From: Azolla caroliniana
Lineage: Eukaryota; Plantae; Polypodiophyta
Length of the DNA stretch: 64,000 nucleotides
Reading direction: 5' to 3'
Assembly (NCBI GenBank): GCA_043228905.1
Contig: JBHGNT010000020.1
Location: forward strand, 868,001 to 932,000
In this document: in pieces, positions 1 through 12,601 of the stretch
How the letters are laid out: the number at the start of each line of letters is the position of its first letter
How positions within the stretch are numbered: the stretch's first letter is position 1
The notes under the pieces: generated by a model
Told to the model about the DNA's origin: nothing
Seen by the model: only the letters and a program-made list of their open reading frames with translations
The model's database searches: none
Position numbers and translations under genes: made by a program

Positions 1-990
1 TTGGCATGCTTCGCATACTCAGTCGACTCATTTCGACTTGAATGTCGGAAGTCTAATGACGACTCCCTTGGTTTGCATCGCTCGAAGCCATTGGAGGTTT
101 ATGTGGCCGATTCTCTTGTGCCACAACTCGATGCTTGTCTCGGTTTTGAGACCTTTAGCGTACATTGCTGATTTCACCTTGTTCGAATTGAAGATGAACA
201 TTTGACCATCTCTCCGCCCCTTAGCTATGAGTCGGCCATCTTTCTCGATGAAGCATCCTTCTTTGTTGAAGCGAACTTCCATTCATTGCTCCACGATTTG
301 GCCTACCGAGACCAAATTATTCGTTATCATGGGCACATGCAAGACATTCTTGATGCAATTGTTCTTGCCATCGTTCCCGAATGGAACATTGCTGATGTGT
401 CGAATGGGATGCGTGGTGTCAGCTCCTGTGTCTATGTAGCCGGGTCGATCCGGTGTATGCAAGTCATTGAACCACTCTTTGTGGGATTTCATGTGATGTG
501 AGGCACCGGAATCGACGAACCACACGTCTTCCGAATTGGAGGTGCTTGCAGAGTCGGAGGCCGTCATAGAGTTCGCTCTATGCCTCATTACGAATAGTCC
601 GCCGTAGTCGTCGTATTCGGACTTGGTGGCGTAGTTTGTGAGTTGTTGACTTGTTGAAGGCGACACACATCTCCTTTTCCTACACTCCGCCTCGTAGTGG
701 CCGATTTTGCCGCAATAATTGCAAGTTGCAGGCCTCGTTTGCCGGCCATGTTTGGCGTGGAAGCTCCCCCTTCTTCTGAAGATTCCTCGATGACTTCCGT
801 GAAGGTTTGAGTTCCCTTCATGTGATAAGTCCAATTGACCTCTTCTACCACCACGACCTCGTCCTCGACCACCGTCCGAATTCGAGAAGAACATTTGTCC
901 TTCCGAATTCGAGAAGAACATTGATTGGAGGTTGAAGAATGAAGGAGGGTTTTCTCTCGCCAAGATTGCTGTTCATAATGGATCGAATCG
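1..990 (-). mobile_element. Ty1/copia remnant (gag zinc knuckle, protease, GAG-pre-integrase region); runs off the window edge, 5' part deleted
   Basis: ORF 283..963 has CNYCGKIGHYEAEC (CCHC) and WFVDSGASHHM (copia protease). In-frame ORF 28..282 has LWHKRIGHIN after a TAG. Abuts the satellite at ~991. Same family as 26102-27087 and 32861-34124. Confidence 0.9.
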
Positions 991-3117
991 TCCAAGCAAT
1001 AAACCCGAGTTCAACTCTCGATAAGCGCACACCATGTTATTTCAACCATAACCTACGATCGGAAAGAGAAATCCAATCAATTCCCTTTGACAATGTCACA
1101 TTGTTCAAGAGTTTTAGTAACAGAGTCTAAAAACTCTCCAACAAATTCAATTCCTATAAATATTTGGTCAAAAAACAGTTTCTCGAAACTAGTTTCGTTT
1201 TTATCTTATAAGTATGTTAGGGTCAACTTTTGCTCGCTCAGATAAAAAATGGTAAAGATTAAGGACTCAGGTTCAGATGAGATATCTATGCCCTTGTACC
1301 CCTACAATTAGGATATTTATCTAGAAAGCAATAGGCCAGGCTTCGACATTCCGCAAGCGCTTTTCCTGGAAAGCAATAAACTAGCTTCATATGAGATATC
1401 TATGCCCCTATATCCCTACAGTTAGGATATTTTTCTGGAAAGCAATAGACCAAGCTTCGACATTCTGCAAGCGCATGCTATGTGCTTTAGAGCAGTACTT
1501 CAATTGGACAAGAAATATATATACGATTCGATTCAAGAATATGACATTGTTGGATGAGTTTCATAACTAGATTGTAAGAACACGTGAACAAATTGAATTA
1601 ATCTGATGTTTAGCTCAAACAAGGTGTTTTTGTGTACTTGTTTCATTTGTATGCTAGAAGAAAGTAAGGCTGACTATTCGTTCGCTAAGGTAACAATTGG
1701 TAAAGGTTCAGGATTCACATTGATATGCTACTGTTCCACAATAATTTTATCTTGTATATTTTTTGTTTGTGATAAAATTCCCTTGTAAGTAGGCTCAGAT
1801 TGCGCTTGTAGTCCAACAGTCAGGATAATTGCCTTCCATGCAATAGATCCGAGTTCAACTCTCGGCAAGCACACACCATGTTATTTACACCACTACTTAA
1901 GATGCAAAAGAGAAAACTTTACAATTCCCTTCGACAATGTGACATTGCTCGAGAGTTTCATTAGGGGAGTGTAAAAAGTCTCCAACAAATTGAATTCCGA
2001 TAAATCTTTCGTCAAACAATCGTTTCTCTAAACTAGTTTCGTTTGTATCTTATAAGAACGTTACGGTCACCTCTTGCTCGCTCACATAAGAAATGGTAAA
2101 GATTAAGGACTTAGGTTGATATGAGATATTTGTGAGCCTGTAGCCCTACATTTAGGATATTTTTCTTGAAAGCAATAGACCACGTTTCATAACTAGATTC
2201 TAAGAACACGGGAACAAATTGAATTAATCAGATGTTTAGCTCAAACAAGTTGTTTTTAAGGACTTGTTTTATTTGTATGCTAGAAGAAAGTAAGGCTCAC
2301 TATTTGTTCGCTCAGGTAACAATTGGTAAAGGTTAAGGACTCACATTGATATGCAAGTACTCTAGAATACTTTTATCTCGTATATTTTTTGTTTGTGATG
2401 AAATTCTATTGGAAGTAGGCTCAAATTATGGTTGTAGTCCAACGGTTTGGATAATTGCCTTCCAAGCAATAAACTCGAGTTCAACTCTCGGCAACTGCAC
2501 ACTATGTTCTTTCAACCACTTCTTACTATCGAAAAGAGAAATCTATTTGATTCCCTTCAACAATTTCACGTTGTTGGAGAGTTTCATGTGCAGAGTTTAA
2601 AAGTTCTCCAAGAAATTGAATTCTTATAAATATTTGGTCATAAAACGGTTTCTCTAAACTAGGTTTGTTTTTATCTTATAAGAATGTTTGGGTCACCCTT
2701 TGCTCGCTCTCAATAAAAAAGGTAAAGATTAAGGACTCAGGTTCGCATGAGATATTTGTGCGTATGTAGGCCTAATTTTAGGATATTTTTCTTCAAAGCA
2801 ATTGACCACGTTTGAACATTCCGCAAGCGCACGTTATGTGCTTTAGAGCTGTACTTCAATTGGACATGCAAAATCTATACGATTTGATTTGAGAATATAA
2901 CGTTGTTGGACGAGATTCATAACTAGATTGCAAGAACACGGGAATAGATTGAATTAATCTTATGTTTAAGTCAAACAAGTTGTTTTTGTGGACGTGTTTC
3001 ATTTGTATGCTAGAAGAAAGTAAGGCTCACTGTTCCTTCGCTCAAGTAACAATTGGTAAAGGTTAAGGAATCACATTGATATGCATCTACTCCACAATAA
3101 TTTTATCTTGTATATTT
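991..3117. repeat. Tandem satellite array segment (~730 bp monomer type)
   Basis: Recurring motifs ttccaagcaatagacccgagttcaactctcggcaagcgca, aaattgaattcctataaatatttggtc and gaattaatctgatgtttagctcaaacaag. Confidence 0.95.
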
Positions 3118-3563
3118 TGTTAATCCTTAGGGTTGGACAACAGCCTAACACAGCGTGTCCACTTAAGACACTTCACCAAAGGGTGTTACAACGAGATAAC
3201 TTACGACACAACGCTTAATTGGACCTTAATCAGTTACTTAGCAATACATCATTAACACGTGTAAGATATACAATAAGCATAGAATGGTGAGCAATACTCA
3301 ATGATTAAACAAAAGGTTTATATTACTCTTTGTTAATGACTACATTGTAACCGGGCCTTTATATAGGTCACCGGTGCGAAGTACAAAATGGTGCCAACCG
3401 TCACCTATTCGGGATCGGTCCGGATCTGGATCGGCATACCGATTCCGGTCCGTCCGTCCACATCTTCTCATATATTAATATATATATTAAGACTAGTAAT
3501 TTCAATAGATTCCCAAATAACAATTCCCCTTTTCACACCATGGTCTTTGCCGGCCGGGTAACA
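3118..3563 (-). repeat. 3' LTR of the gypsy element (446 bp)
   Basis: TGTTA...TAACA termini; matches 12602-13466; minus-strand TATA CCTATATAAAGG at 3356-3367. Confidence 0.93.
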
Positions 3564-3565
3564 CA

Positions 3566-3582
3566 TGGCACGCCCGTGGGAC
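3566..3582 (+). promoter_or_regulatory. PBS-like tRNA-Arg-complementary site at the position where the PPT is expected
   Basis: TGGCACGCCCGTGGGAC lies 2 nt (CA) from the LTR end and resembles the Tat/Ogre-type tRNA-Arg PBS TGGCACGCCC(A/G)GTGGGAC with one base missing. The coding-strand sequence before the LTR (GTCCCACGGGCGTGCCATG) is not polypurine. Confidence 0.7.
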
Positions 3583-3615
3583 AATACCTTGTACGTCGAA
3601 TCCCACACCGGCCCC

Positions 3616-6588
3616 TTACTCTTCATTCAAGATATCCAGGATGCTTTGGTCCAGGGTCTCCAGTGGCTCGACGGGAATTTGTTGTTGTTGCTGTGGTGGT
3701 TGCTGATGTGGCTCCGGCTGTGACTCCGATTGTTGCTCTGGCACCGGCGTTTCCTTCGTTGTTTCCTCCGTCAGAGTTGTCTCTGGTTGACTTACCCCGG
3801 CCTGGTCTCCGGCTAGTCCTTGTACCGGCAAAGGTTCCTCATCACTGAGGTTGATCGTTGCCGCCTGCCTTGCTTTTTCTTCCCTAAGCCGGGACCGCTC
3901 ATAGCTCTCAAACTGGATTTGAGCATCCATCCGATCGTTGTCCAGTTGAGCTATGAGTTGCCAGACCTGCACCAATTGCTCATTCGCCAGAGCTGTGAAA
4001 TCTTCTGCCAACTCATCCTTTATGGCGGTGAAGTCCTCCGATGCGAGCATGTAACATTTGTCACCTTCCTTCCGCCGGTTTTCGGCGTCCGCCCTGAGCA
4101 ACTAGAGTTCAGCCGTATTCTGCGCCTATTTCATCAACCACCGCACAGAGCTCTCGTCAATCAAGCGTTTGGTCTTGTTTAGCCATGCCTGGAGGATGCA
4201 CTGGATCCGTTCCATTCCCATCTGTGATTTGTTCTCCGCGGCTTGTCGCTCCTCTTTCAATTGCTTGATGATTCTGACCGTGTCCGCCTCCTCCTCCTCT
4301 TTCAATTGCTTGATGATTCCTCCTCTTTCGTCGGCGAGTGCCGTCATGGCCCGATCAACTTCCTGCCGGAGCTCGGCCATCCTTTCCTGCTGTTGCTTAT
4401 GCTCTGTGTCCAAGATCTTAAAGTTCCGGTGCAGGTGGTCGAAGTCCTCTGTCTTCTGCTTCAGCCTCTGGTTGATTTGCAGGCGAGTGCGGTCTTCCCA
4501 GTCCTTTTGTTGACGGAGTTCTTCTTTCAGCCTTTTGATTTCCGTTTCCGCCATCCGTCGCAGCTTGTCCTTCTCCTGCGACAATTTTTCTTTTTCCTCC
4601 TTTAGCCAATCGTAAGCTTGATGCCCTTTCCGCAGATTTTCTTCTGCCCGACGGAGGTTTTCAGCAGTCTTCTTAAACTCCTCTTCTGCCGCTTTCTTCA
4701 AATCCCGTTCGCGGCTCCGTAGTGCTTCTTGTGCGGCAAGTTCGTCCCTTAATTCGGCAAGCTCTTGGGCTTGCGCCACATCTTTCTCCGGGACAGTTTC
4801 TGTCTCCGGGGTCTTATTCGTATGCACAGGCGTGGTTGTTTCTTTATTCTGTACATCCACCGGAGTCACCAATGCTTGGATCTGTGTTGCGGTTAAGGCC
4901 ATTTTGGCCATGTCTTCTATGACCCGATCCAAGTCTTGTTCAAGGCACCGGATCCTTGACCGGGCCGTCTCTAGTTCATCGGTTGTGACTAGCAACTGTT
5001 CCATCTACGCTCGTTCTTCCGTCTCTACATACAGTATCACTTCGGCAACCTGCTCTCCTATCCACCGGAGCCATTGGCTACCGGTGCCTTGTTGTTGTGT
5101 CTGCACAGAGGGTTGGCTGATGGGTTCACTTGCCAGTGGCCGGTCTCGCCTAACTGCGTCGACCTGCAAATCCGGCTCTGCTTGCTGACCAGTTTGCCGT
5201 TCAGGTTCCGGTTGTGTTTCGGCTGGCCGCTCTTGTTCTACTTGTTCTTGGCCGGCTGAGGAAGGTGGCACATGCCTTACCGGCGCTTGCGTTTCGGGGC
5301 TTGCTGGTATTACCTATTGTGTAGGGGCTTCTGAGACCGGCCCCATCCGAACCGGTTCCGGCTCCTCCCTTGGAGTGGGATTCTCAGTGTGGGGTAAAGG
5401 CGTTCCATCCCTCTGTGGGTCCGAACGCTTCCTGGCTGATTCTGGGGTGCTCGTCGTCGGCCGCCGCTGGAGGTGATCCGTAGGTTCTTCCTCCGTTTCC
5501 CCCTCCTGAGTCCCGGCATTCATTCTTGCCGTCAGGGTGTCCGTTTCTTGCTGCATCGGTCTGCGGAGTGTGCCCTTCAGGGGCCGTGCCGGTGTCTCCT
5601 CCTGCGTGTCCGTCGGCTGCTTCCGGATGGCGTGCTCCTTCGCTGCCTGCTCCGTGTCGGCTGTCTTCCCCTTAGTGGTCTTGGTGGCCAACAACTGCTG
5701 TCGTTTTGAAGCAGCTTTCGGGGTGCCGTCCGTTGCTCTTCCCCGCTTCTTGGTCTGGACGGGCTCGACAGGTGGCGCCAATAGGGTGAGCCATTGTGCC
5801 ACTGCATGCCATATTTTCCGGCCTTCTTTGGCTTCCTTACCTCTTACGGTGTCAATAGCCGCACACAATCCATCGACGATCAGCACCGGCCAATCCACCT
5901 TGACCCCTTTGTATGTTGCGATGATCAAGCCTGCTCGGTTCTGAGGCATGACGGGGGGTCGAGGGTATACGTGGCCGAACTCATGGAGTACACGAGCAAT
6001 TTCTCGGAATAACATATCTTCTCCGCCCTGTGTCCTGTAGCCCTTGCTGGCTAGAGAATACTCGCCGAAGTATTTGATGAGCCGTTCAGAGGTAGGGTTG
6101 TAAGTAGTATAGATGCCCTCCTTCGGAAGGCCTGTTAGTGCACGAATCGCTTCCTCCGTGATCAGCTCGGTGTCAATTTCTTTGATGATCTTGTCAGCTT
6201 CTCTGTGTGGTGGTGCTTCCATGATTGTGAGGAACCCCTCCAATCCATGTTGTCGTAGCCATTTCTTGGCGGCCTTAGAGAGAGTCTGGCAGTCCATGTC
6301 TGCGTCGAGGTCGGACAGCGTTGGTGAGGGCTGTGTATGAGGAAGCTCTATGTGAGGAGGCTCTGTGTGAGGAAGCTCTATGTGTGTTGGCTCTCTTCTG
6401 ATGATCTTCAAGCGCCTGTGTGCGTTTGTGCTCCTTGGTTCACGAAAGAAGAAGGTCTCGATGCGGGGGGGGGGGGGGGAGGGGGTTTCTCTCTGCATCT
6501 TGGCGCCTTTTTCGAGCCTACGCATGTGCAGGTCGTGTACTATAATAGCATTACGTGCCATGTGGCGGTGGTTTAATGCCCTATTCAT
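3616..6588 (-). pseudogene. Extra ORF of the gypsy element (~990 aa ancestral frame: N-terminal domain resembling retroelement accessory ORFs, low-complexity Q/E/P linker, long coiled coil)
   Basis: ORFs 5314..6588, 5005..5271, 4126..5004 and 3616..4101 share one frame and are separated only by TAG codons (5314, 5005, 4126, 4102). The E/K/R-rich stretch at 4126-5004 looks heptad-like. Confidence 0.75.
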
Positions 6589-6719
6589 AGCTCCCTCATA
6601 CCTTTTCGAAGTGCCTCTTTACTCCTCGTTTGCATGGCTGTTCCCACCACTCCTTTGCATGATTTCTTTGATTCGTTTGGAAATTTTTTTTATTTTTATT
6701 TTTAATATCAATTGTTAGG

Positions 6720-9700
6720 TTAATTTTCCTCCGGTCCTATCAGACCCTTACCCAAATGAGGAATCTTGCCGGCCTCGTGACGGTTTGCCGTCCTCTTATC
6801 CAACCCGTCTGCTGGCTCTTTGTCCCCCTTACCGGCTTCATTGTTGCCGATTGCTAATCGGGTTGCCGTTGTTTCCGGTATGCCAGTATCTGGTTCGGCA
6901 TCGGCCTTTCCTTGTTCAAATGGGTTCCTCAGCATGGGTCCCTTGTATGGCTTTAGTCGAAATCCGTTGACCCACTTACCGAGGACTTCGCCGGCAAGTG
7001 TCCCTAACTGGTAGGATCCATTGAACTTGCGTGTGATCCAGTACGGTCTGGTCCACCGAAACCGTAGTTTCCCCGACATCTTTCCCATCCAGGTTTGGAA
7101 CACTAGTACCGGCTTGCCGATTCCAAACATCTTTTCATTTCCTTTTCGGTGGCGATCCACAAACGCCTTTCTTCGTCGCTGCTCCAGTTCTAGGTGCATG
7201 ATACTCGCTAGTTGGTGTTCTTCTAGTTCACACAGAGCCGCTAACCGAATTGCCTCCGATTCCTTCTCGTTTAACCGTTCCCTAATCTGAATCCGTAAGC
7301 TCGGAACCTGGAACTCTACCGGCATGACGGCCTCCAACCCGAATGCTAGCCGGAATGGTGTGGTTTGGATGCTTGTTTTGTAGGCTGTTCGGTAAGCCCA
7401 GAGTGCGCTATGCAACTTTGTATCCTAGTCTGTCCGGTTTTCGTTGACGATTTTCTGAAGGATATTCTGTAGCATTTTGTTTGTCGACTCGGCTAACCTG
7501 TTTGCTTGCGGATAGTATGGCGTGCTCCATTTATGCACCACGACATAGAACGACGTCAAGCTTTCCACCACTTGGCCGAGGAAGTGCCCTCCTTGCTCAC
7601 TTATTAGCTCGATCGGGCATCCATACCTGCACTAGATGTATTCATACAAGAATTTCTCCATCGACGCCGCAGTGTTGTCGCGCAAGGCTTTGGCTTCTAC
7701 CCATTTCGTGCAGTAATCCGTAGCTACGATCACATACCGGTTGCCGGTTCTCATTGCCAGTGGTTTGAATGGACCCACAAAATCCAGCCCCCATTTCTGA
7801 AATGGTTCTAACAGCAGTACCGGCTGGTGCGGCATCCTAGCTTGTTCGGTTGGCTGGCCCATTCGATGACATAGATCACATTCTTTAGCATACCGGACTG
7901 CGTCTTTCAATGTTGTCGGACACCATAGGCCACTTTGCCATATCTTCCTTGCCGTAGCATCTCCAGCGTAGTGGCCTTTCGCGACTCCGCAGTGTGCTTC
8001 TCGTAATATTATATCCTTCTCGTTGCTGCGCACTGCCCGTCGCCATATACCGTCCGCGCCTTTGTGGTATAGCGTGTCCCGTAATAAACAAAAGTGCCGG
8101 CTTTGTATCGCCAGGCGTTTCCTCTCGTCCCGGTTCATCTCCTCCGGAGGCAATCCAGTGCTTAGAAATGGTTGCATATTCGTTAGCCACTTATCTTCTT
8201 GTGCCACCATTTCATCTGTTGCCATTTCCGCGGTGACTCGAAATAGCTCAACATCTGGAAACTCGTCCGGGACTCCATCACCAGTCTCGCCGGAATCTAA
8301 CCGGCTCAAATAGTCTGCTACTGTGTGCTGTGTGCCGGGTCGGTGGAATATTTCAAACTCAAATTCTTGCAACAGTAACGTCCACCGTGCCAACGTACCG
8401 GTTAGTGACGCTTTGGAAACTAAATAGAGGACTGCTGAATGATCTACGTGGAAGGAAAATTTCCTTCCCACCAAATAATGTCTGAATTTTGTCACGCTGT
8501 AGATCATGCCCAAAGCTTCCCTTTCCGTGGTGGAATAATATCGCTCGGCTTGGGATAACTTTCGGCTTGGGATAACTTTTAGCTTGCGTAATATACGGGC
8601 CGGTACCACCTTGGCTCCGTAAGTTGCATCAACGCACTTCCGATTGCAATGTCGGACGCATCCACGAACACATGAAACTCCTTAGCCCAATCCGGGGGTT
8701 GCAGTACCGGCGCTTGCGACAATAGTACTTTGAGTGCCCGGTACGCCTTGTCTTCAGTGTCGGTCCACTGGAACGGTGTTCGGTGTGCCGCAACATGCAG
8801 TGGTGAGCTAGGTTCGCCAGATACTGGAGCATTCGGCTATGCCACCGGATTTGACCTAAGAAACGGCTTAATGCTTTAGCCGTTGTTGGTGCCGGTGCCT
8901 CCAAGATTGCTTTTACTTTGTCCGGGTCCCCGGAAATTCCTTCGTTGCTGACAATGTGTCGTAATAGCGCCCCGCTTGACACTCCGAATACACATTTTGC
9001 CGGATTCAAGCTTAGCCGGTAAGCCCGACATTTCTCTAGACACAGTCGGAGGTGCTGAAAGTGATCTCCTTCCCGGCTATAGACGGCGAAGTCATCTAGA
9101 AACACCTGCATGAATGCCGATATGAACTCTCCGAATATTTCCATGATGATCCTCTGGAACGTTGCCGGCGCTGTTTTTAGTCTGAACATCATTACTACGG
9201 CAACAAACACTCCCCATTCGGTGACGAAAGCCGTTTTCTCTTGGTCATCGGGGTGCATCCGGATCTGGTTGTATCCGTTGAATCCGTCTAAGAAATTGTA
9301 TACCTCATGGCCGGCGACTCCGTCCAAAACTCCATCCGTAAATGGGAGTGGGAATGCATTTGTTACCGTCGCCGCATTAAGCTTACTGTAGTCGACACAA
9401 ACTCTAATTTTGCCATTTTTCTTTGGTACGACTACTATCAGGCTTAGCCATGTAGATTTCTTTACTGGGCGGATAAAGCCAACCCTCAGCAACTTGTCGA
9501 TTTCCTCCTTGACTTTGGCGGCGTAATTTGGATTCATCCGGTATCGCCGCTGTGCTACCGGTTTGGCGTCTTTGCTCAAATGTATTTGATGTTGATATAG
9601 CTGAGGATCGAGCCCTCGCATATCCTCGTAAGACCAGGCAAACACGTCCCGAAATTCTTTGAGAAGTGTAATCATCGCCGTTTTGTTCTCCGGAGTCATT

Positions 9701-12546
9701 TCCTTGGCGATGTGCACCGGTCTCGCCTCTTCCGTAGTTCCTAGATTTACCTCCTCTAGTTGGGATGCTTTAACCCGTTGCGATATGGCCATTTCTCTTT
9801 CTAGCGCCTCCTGTGCTTGCCGTAGCTCCTGGATCACTTCTTTATTTGGTTCCTCGTCGGCTCCATTCGGTTGCAGTATGTATGGTGATACGGCTTCGGC
9901 TACGTCGATTTCGAAGAGAGGTAGGATCTTCGGATTATACTGCAAATATTGATCTACCTCTTCGTCTGCTAATCCGTCCAGCATATTGACGCATTCGGCA
10001 TATAGGGGTGTCAATTCCTTCCTTGTACTCGTCCATGGTTGTGTCGGTACCCGTACTTTTGCTTTTCCCCGCCGGAAGGTGATTATATTCTTCCTCCAGT
10101 TTTGTTTAATGTGCGCCGTTTTCAACCACGGCCGCCCCAACAATAGTGGGTAAGCTCCTTGTGCCTGTAGTTGTAGCACTATTACCGAAATGCGAAATGT
10201 GTGGCCGCCGATCGTTACTTCCAAATCTCGTATCAAGCAGGTCGGTCGCACTGAGCTTGTATCCGCCATCCGCAGCCAGAAGGGGCATGGTTCCCACTCC
10301 TGGATTCCCAAGGTTTTGCACGTTCGGAGGCTAATCACATTGACGCCGGATACTCCATCTATTACTGTTCCGAGTAACTCCTTTCCCTTCACGATGGATG
10401 TGATTGCCGGACTGTTTGTGTCTACTACCGCCGGTCCCTCCTTCGGATTTGAGAAGAATGTTGGAGCTGGTGGTGTTTCTCCTGCCATCATGCCTGTCTT
10501 GAGTCCTTCTATGAATCTGGGCACTAGCTACAGGGGCTGTGCTAATGCCAGCGTGATTTGGCATTCCTGCAATGCCTGCCATGTCGCATTTTCGGGCTGA
10601 CTGCCGCCGGCGAGCTCTTCGGTATTTTGCTTTTGCTACGCAAGCTCTGCCATGTTTCGCGCATTCGCCTTTTCTACCCATTCCGTTGCCTGCTTGCGGA
10701 TGGCCTCTTGCGCCTCCCATTCCGTCGCCTTACCTTTCGATCTTGTGGTTACCTGCTGCAGGTTTGCGACTTCGGCGACTACCATGTTCACCATTGGTCG
10801 TTTATCATAGCTCTTTGCTGGGCATTGATTACTATAATGTCCTTCTTGTCGGCAATAGTAGCAATATGCTTTCCGGGTAGTGCTGGATTCGACGTTGTTT
10901 CCTCCCCCCGATTGGATGCTTGAGGCGCCCTTCTCCGGTTCCTGTAGGTAACCCCTTTTCTTGAAATGGCGTTTCTTTTTGTTCCGATACTCTTGACGGG
11001 GCTGGTCATCATGTCTCCAGTAGGCTTCCCGTTGTTGGTTGTAACCGGGGGATTGGTCCCAATTGTATCTTTCATACCGTCCATTATAATCCCGGTACCG
11101 ATCATATCTATCATACCGGTCATAGTTGTCCCTGTACCGGACATCCTGTGCTGGTCGATATCGCTCTTCTCGCCTCCAACGTTCTTCTTCGTCCTCCTTG
11201 GTACTCCGTGGTTCGATTTGCCGAATTGGTGGTGCTTGGCGATTCAACAAATTGTACTCGCACTGCTCCATTGTGTGGTTCCTGGGATGGCACAGTAGAC
11301 ATTGCGATCGCATGGTACATTCTAGTGCTGAGTGTCCGACATTTAGGCATGTTGTGCATTGAATGGCCTGTCGAAACCGGAGATCCTCATCGGTTGGTAA
11401 CGCTCGTTGGAGTGCTCCCATTGTTAGCCAAGAGCTTGTTTTCTCCATTTCTCTAACCCGGTCGATGACCTACTCGACGGTACTTGTGTGAAAGTCGATG
11501 ACCGTGCATACCGTACGTAGAGGTTCCCGGAGCGCGGCTAAGAATATAGCTCGTGTTTCTTCCTCCGGAGGTGTTCGGGTAAGCTGACTGTGCATCCGTT
11601 GAAAGCGGATGACAAACCGTGGAATGCTCTCCCCAGGGTCCTGCCGGATGGTATAAAATAGGCCCACCATTTCTCTCTGGTCCACCTCCTTTTGAAAGAA
11701 GTGCAAGAATTTAGCTTTCAGGTCCGCAAAGGTGGTGATGGTGCTGGGGTCCTGCGTCCGGTGCCATCTGGCGGCCGGTCCTTCCAATGTCACGCCGAAT
11801 TCGGCTATCTTAGATCGTTCCTCTTCGGTTGTGGTTAACCATTGTGACACATGGTTCGCCTCCCATGTTTGTTGAAAAGTGTGAACATGAGCCTCTGCGT
11901 CCGGGTCATCGCTATACTTGGGGAACTGGAACGACATGTCGTCATCCGGTGTCGGTTTGCGGGCTGGCGGTGTCGGTGGTCTTTCCTGCTCTTCCGTCGG
12001 CGTCGGAGGTCATTGTTGGTCCTCTGTCGGTGTCAGAGGTCTTTGCCGGTCCTCTGTCGGTGTCGCCGGCTCGACTTCCGGTGTCAGAGGTCTTTCTTTG
12101 TCCTCTTCCGCCTCCGTAGGTTGCTCCACGTCTAGTGTCGGAGGTTCCTAGTCTGACAATTCAGGTTTCGGTGTCGGTAATGTATCCGACTCCTCGTCCT
12201 CCGGTCCTCCTGGGGTGTCGTTACTGCTGCGATAGATCGTGTGCACGCTGTAACCCCCTTCTAAATCCGATTCCAGCACCGAAAATGCTTCGGATTCGCC
12301 GTCTCTTCCGGCCAAGGTCTGAAGAAGGGATTCCGGTTCCCGAAGACTTCTTAAGCTGCTTCCTTCGTCCGGGTAGGCATTTTGTTGCAGACGGAGTGAC
12401 TCCTCCGCCACTTTCCGGATAACTTTGGAAAATGATCGATCTGATCGGATTTCTTCGGCTGCTTGCTGGAAAGCCTCTCGCCGCCTTCGCCGTTCAGCAA
12501 GTCTTCGTGCTCTCTCCATAACCGGGTCGTCTGTTGGCCTAGTCAT
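6720..12546 (-). pseudogene. gypsy gag-pol polyprotein, disrupted by stops and frameshifts
   Basis: Gag (11470..11937), CCHC knuckles (CTTCLNVGH, CYYCRQEGHYSNQC), protease VIDGVSGVNVI, RT (RVCVDY...FLDDF), RNase H ([10 protein letters not shown]...DHS...ADYLSR), integrase ([25 protein letters not shown]). gag to RT share one frame with TAG stops; frameshift near 8800; short tandem duplication at ~8547-8580. Confidence 0.93.
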
Positions 12547-12584
12547 CCATTCCCGCCGCTGTTTACTGCGATTGTGCAGGAATC

Positions 12585-12594
12585 GTGGTCGCCA
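12585..12594 (-). promoter_or_regulatory. Primer binding site (probably tRNA-Arg)
   Basis: Minus strand reads LTR-end...TAACA CAGTTTT TGGCGACCAC, the Athila-like 'TTTT-TGGCG' spacing. The 10 nt match my recollection of a tRNA-Arg(UCG) 3' end (...GTGGTCG-CCA). Confidence 0.65.
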
Positions 12595-12601
12595 AAAACT
12601 G

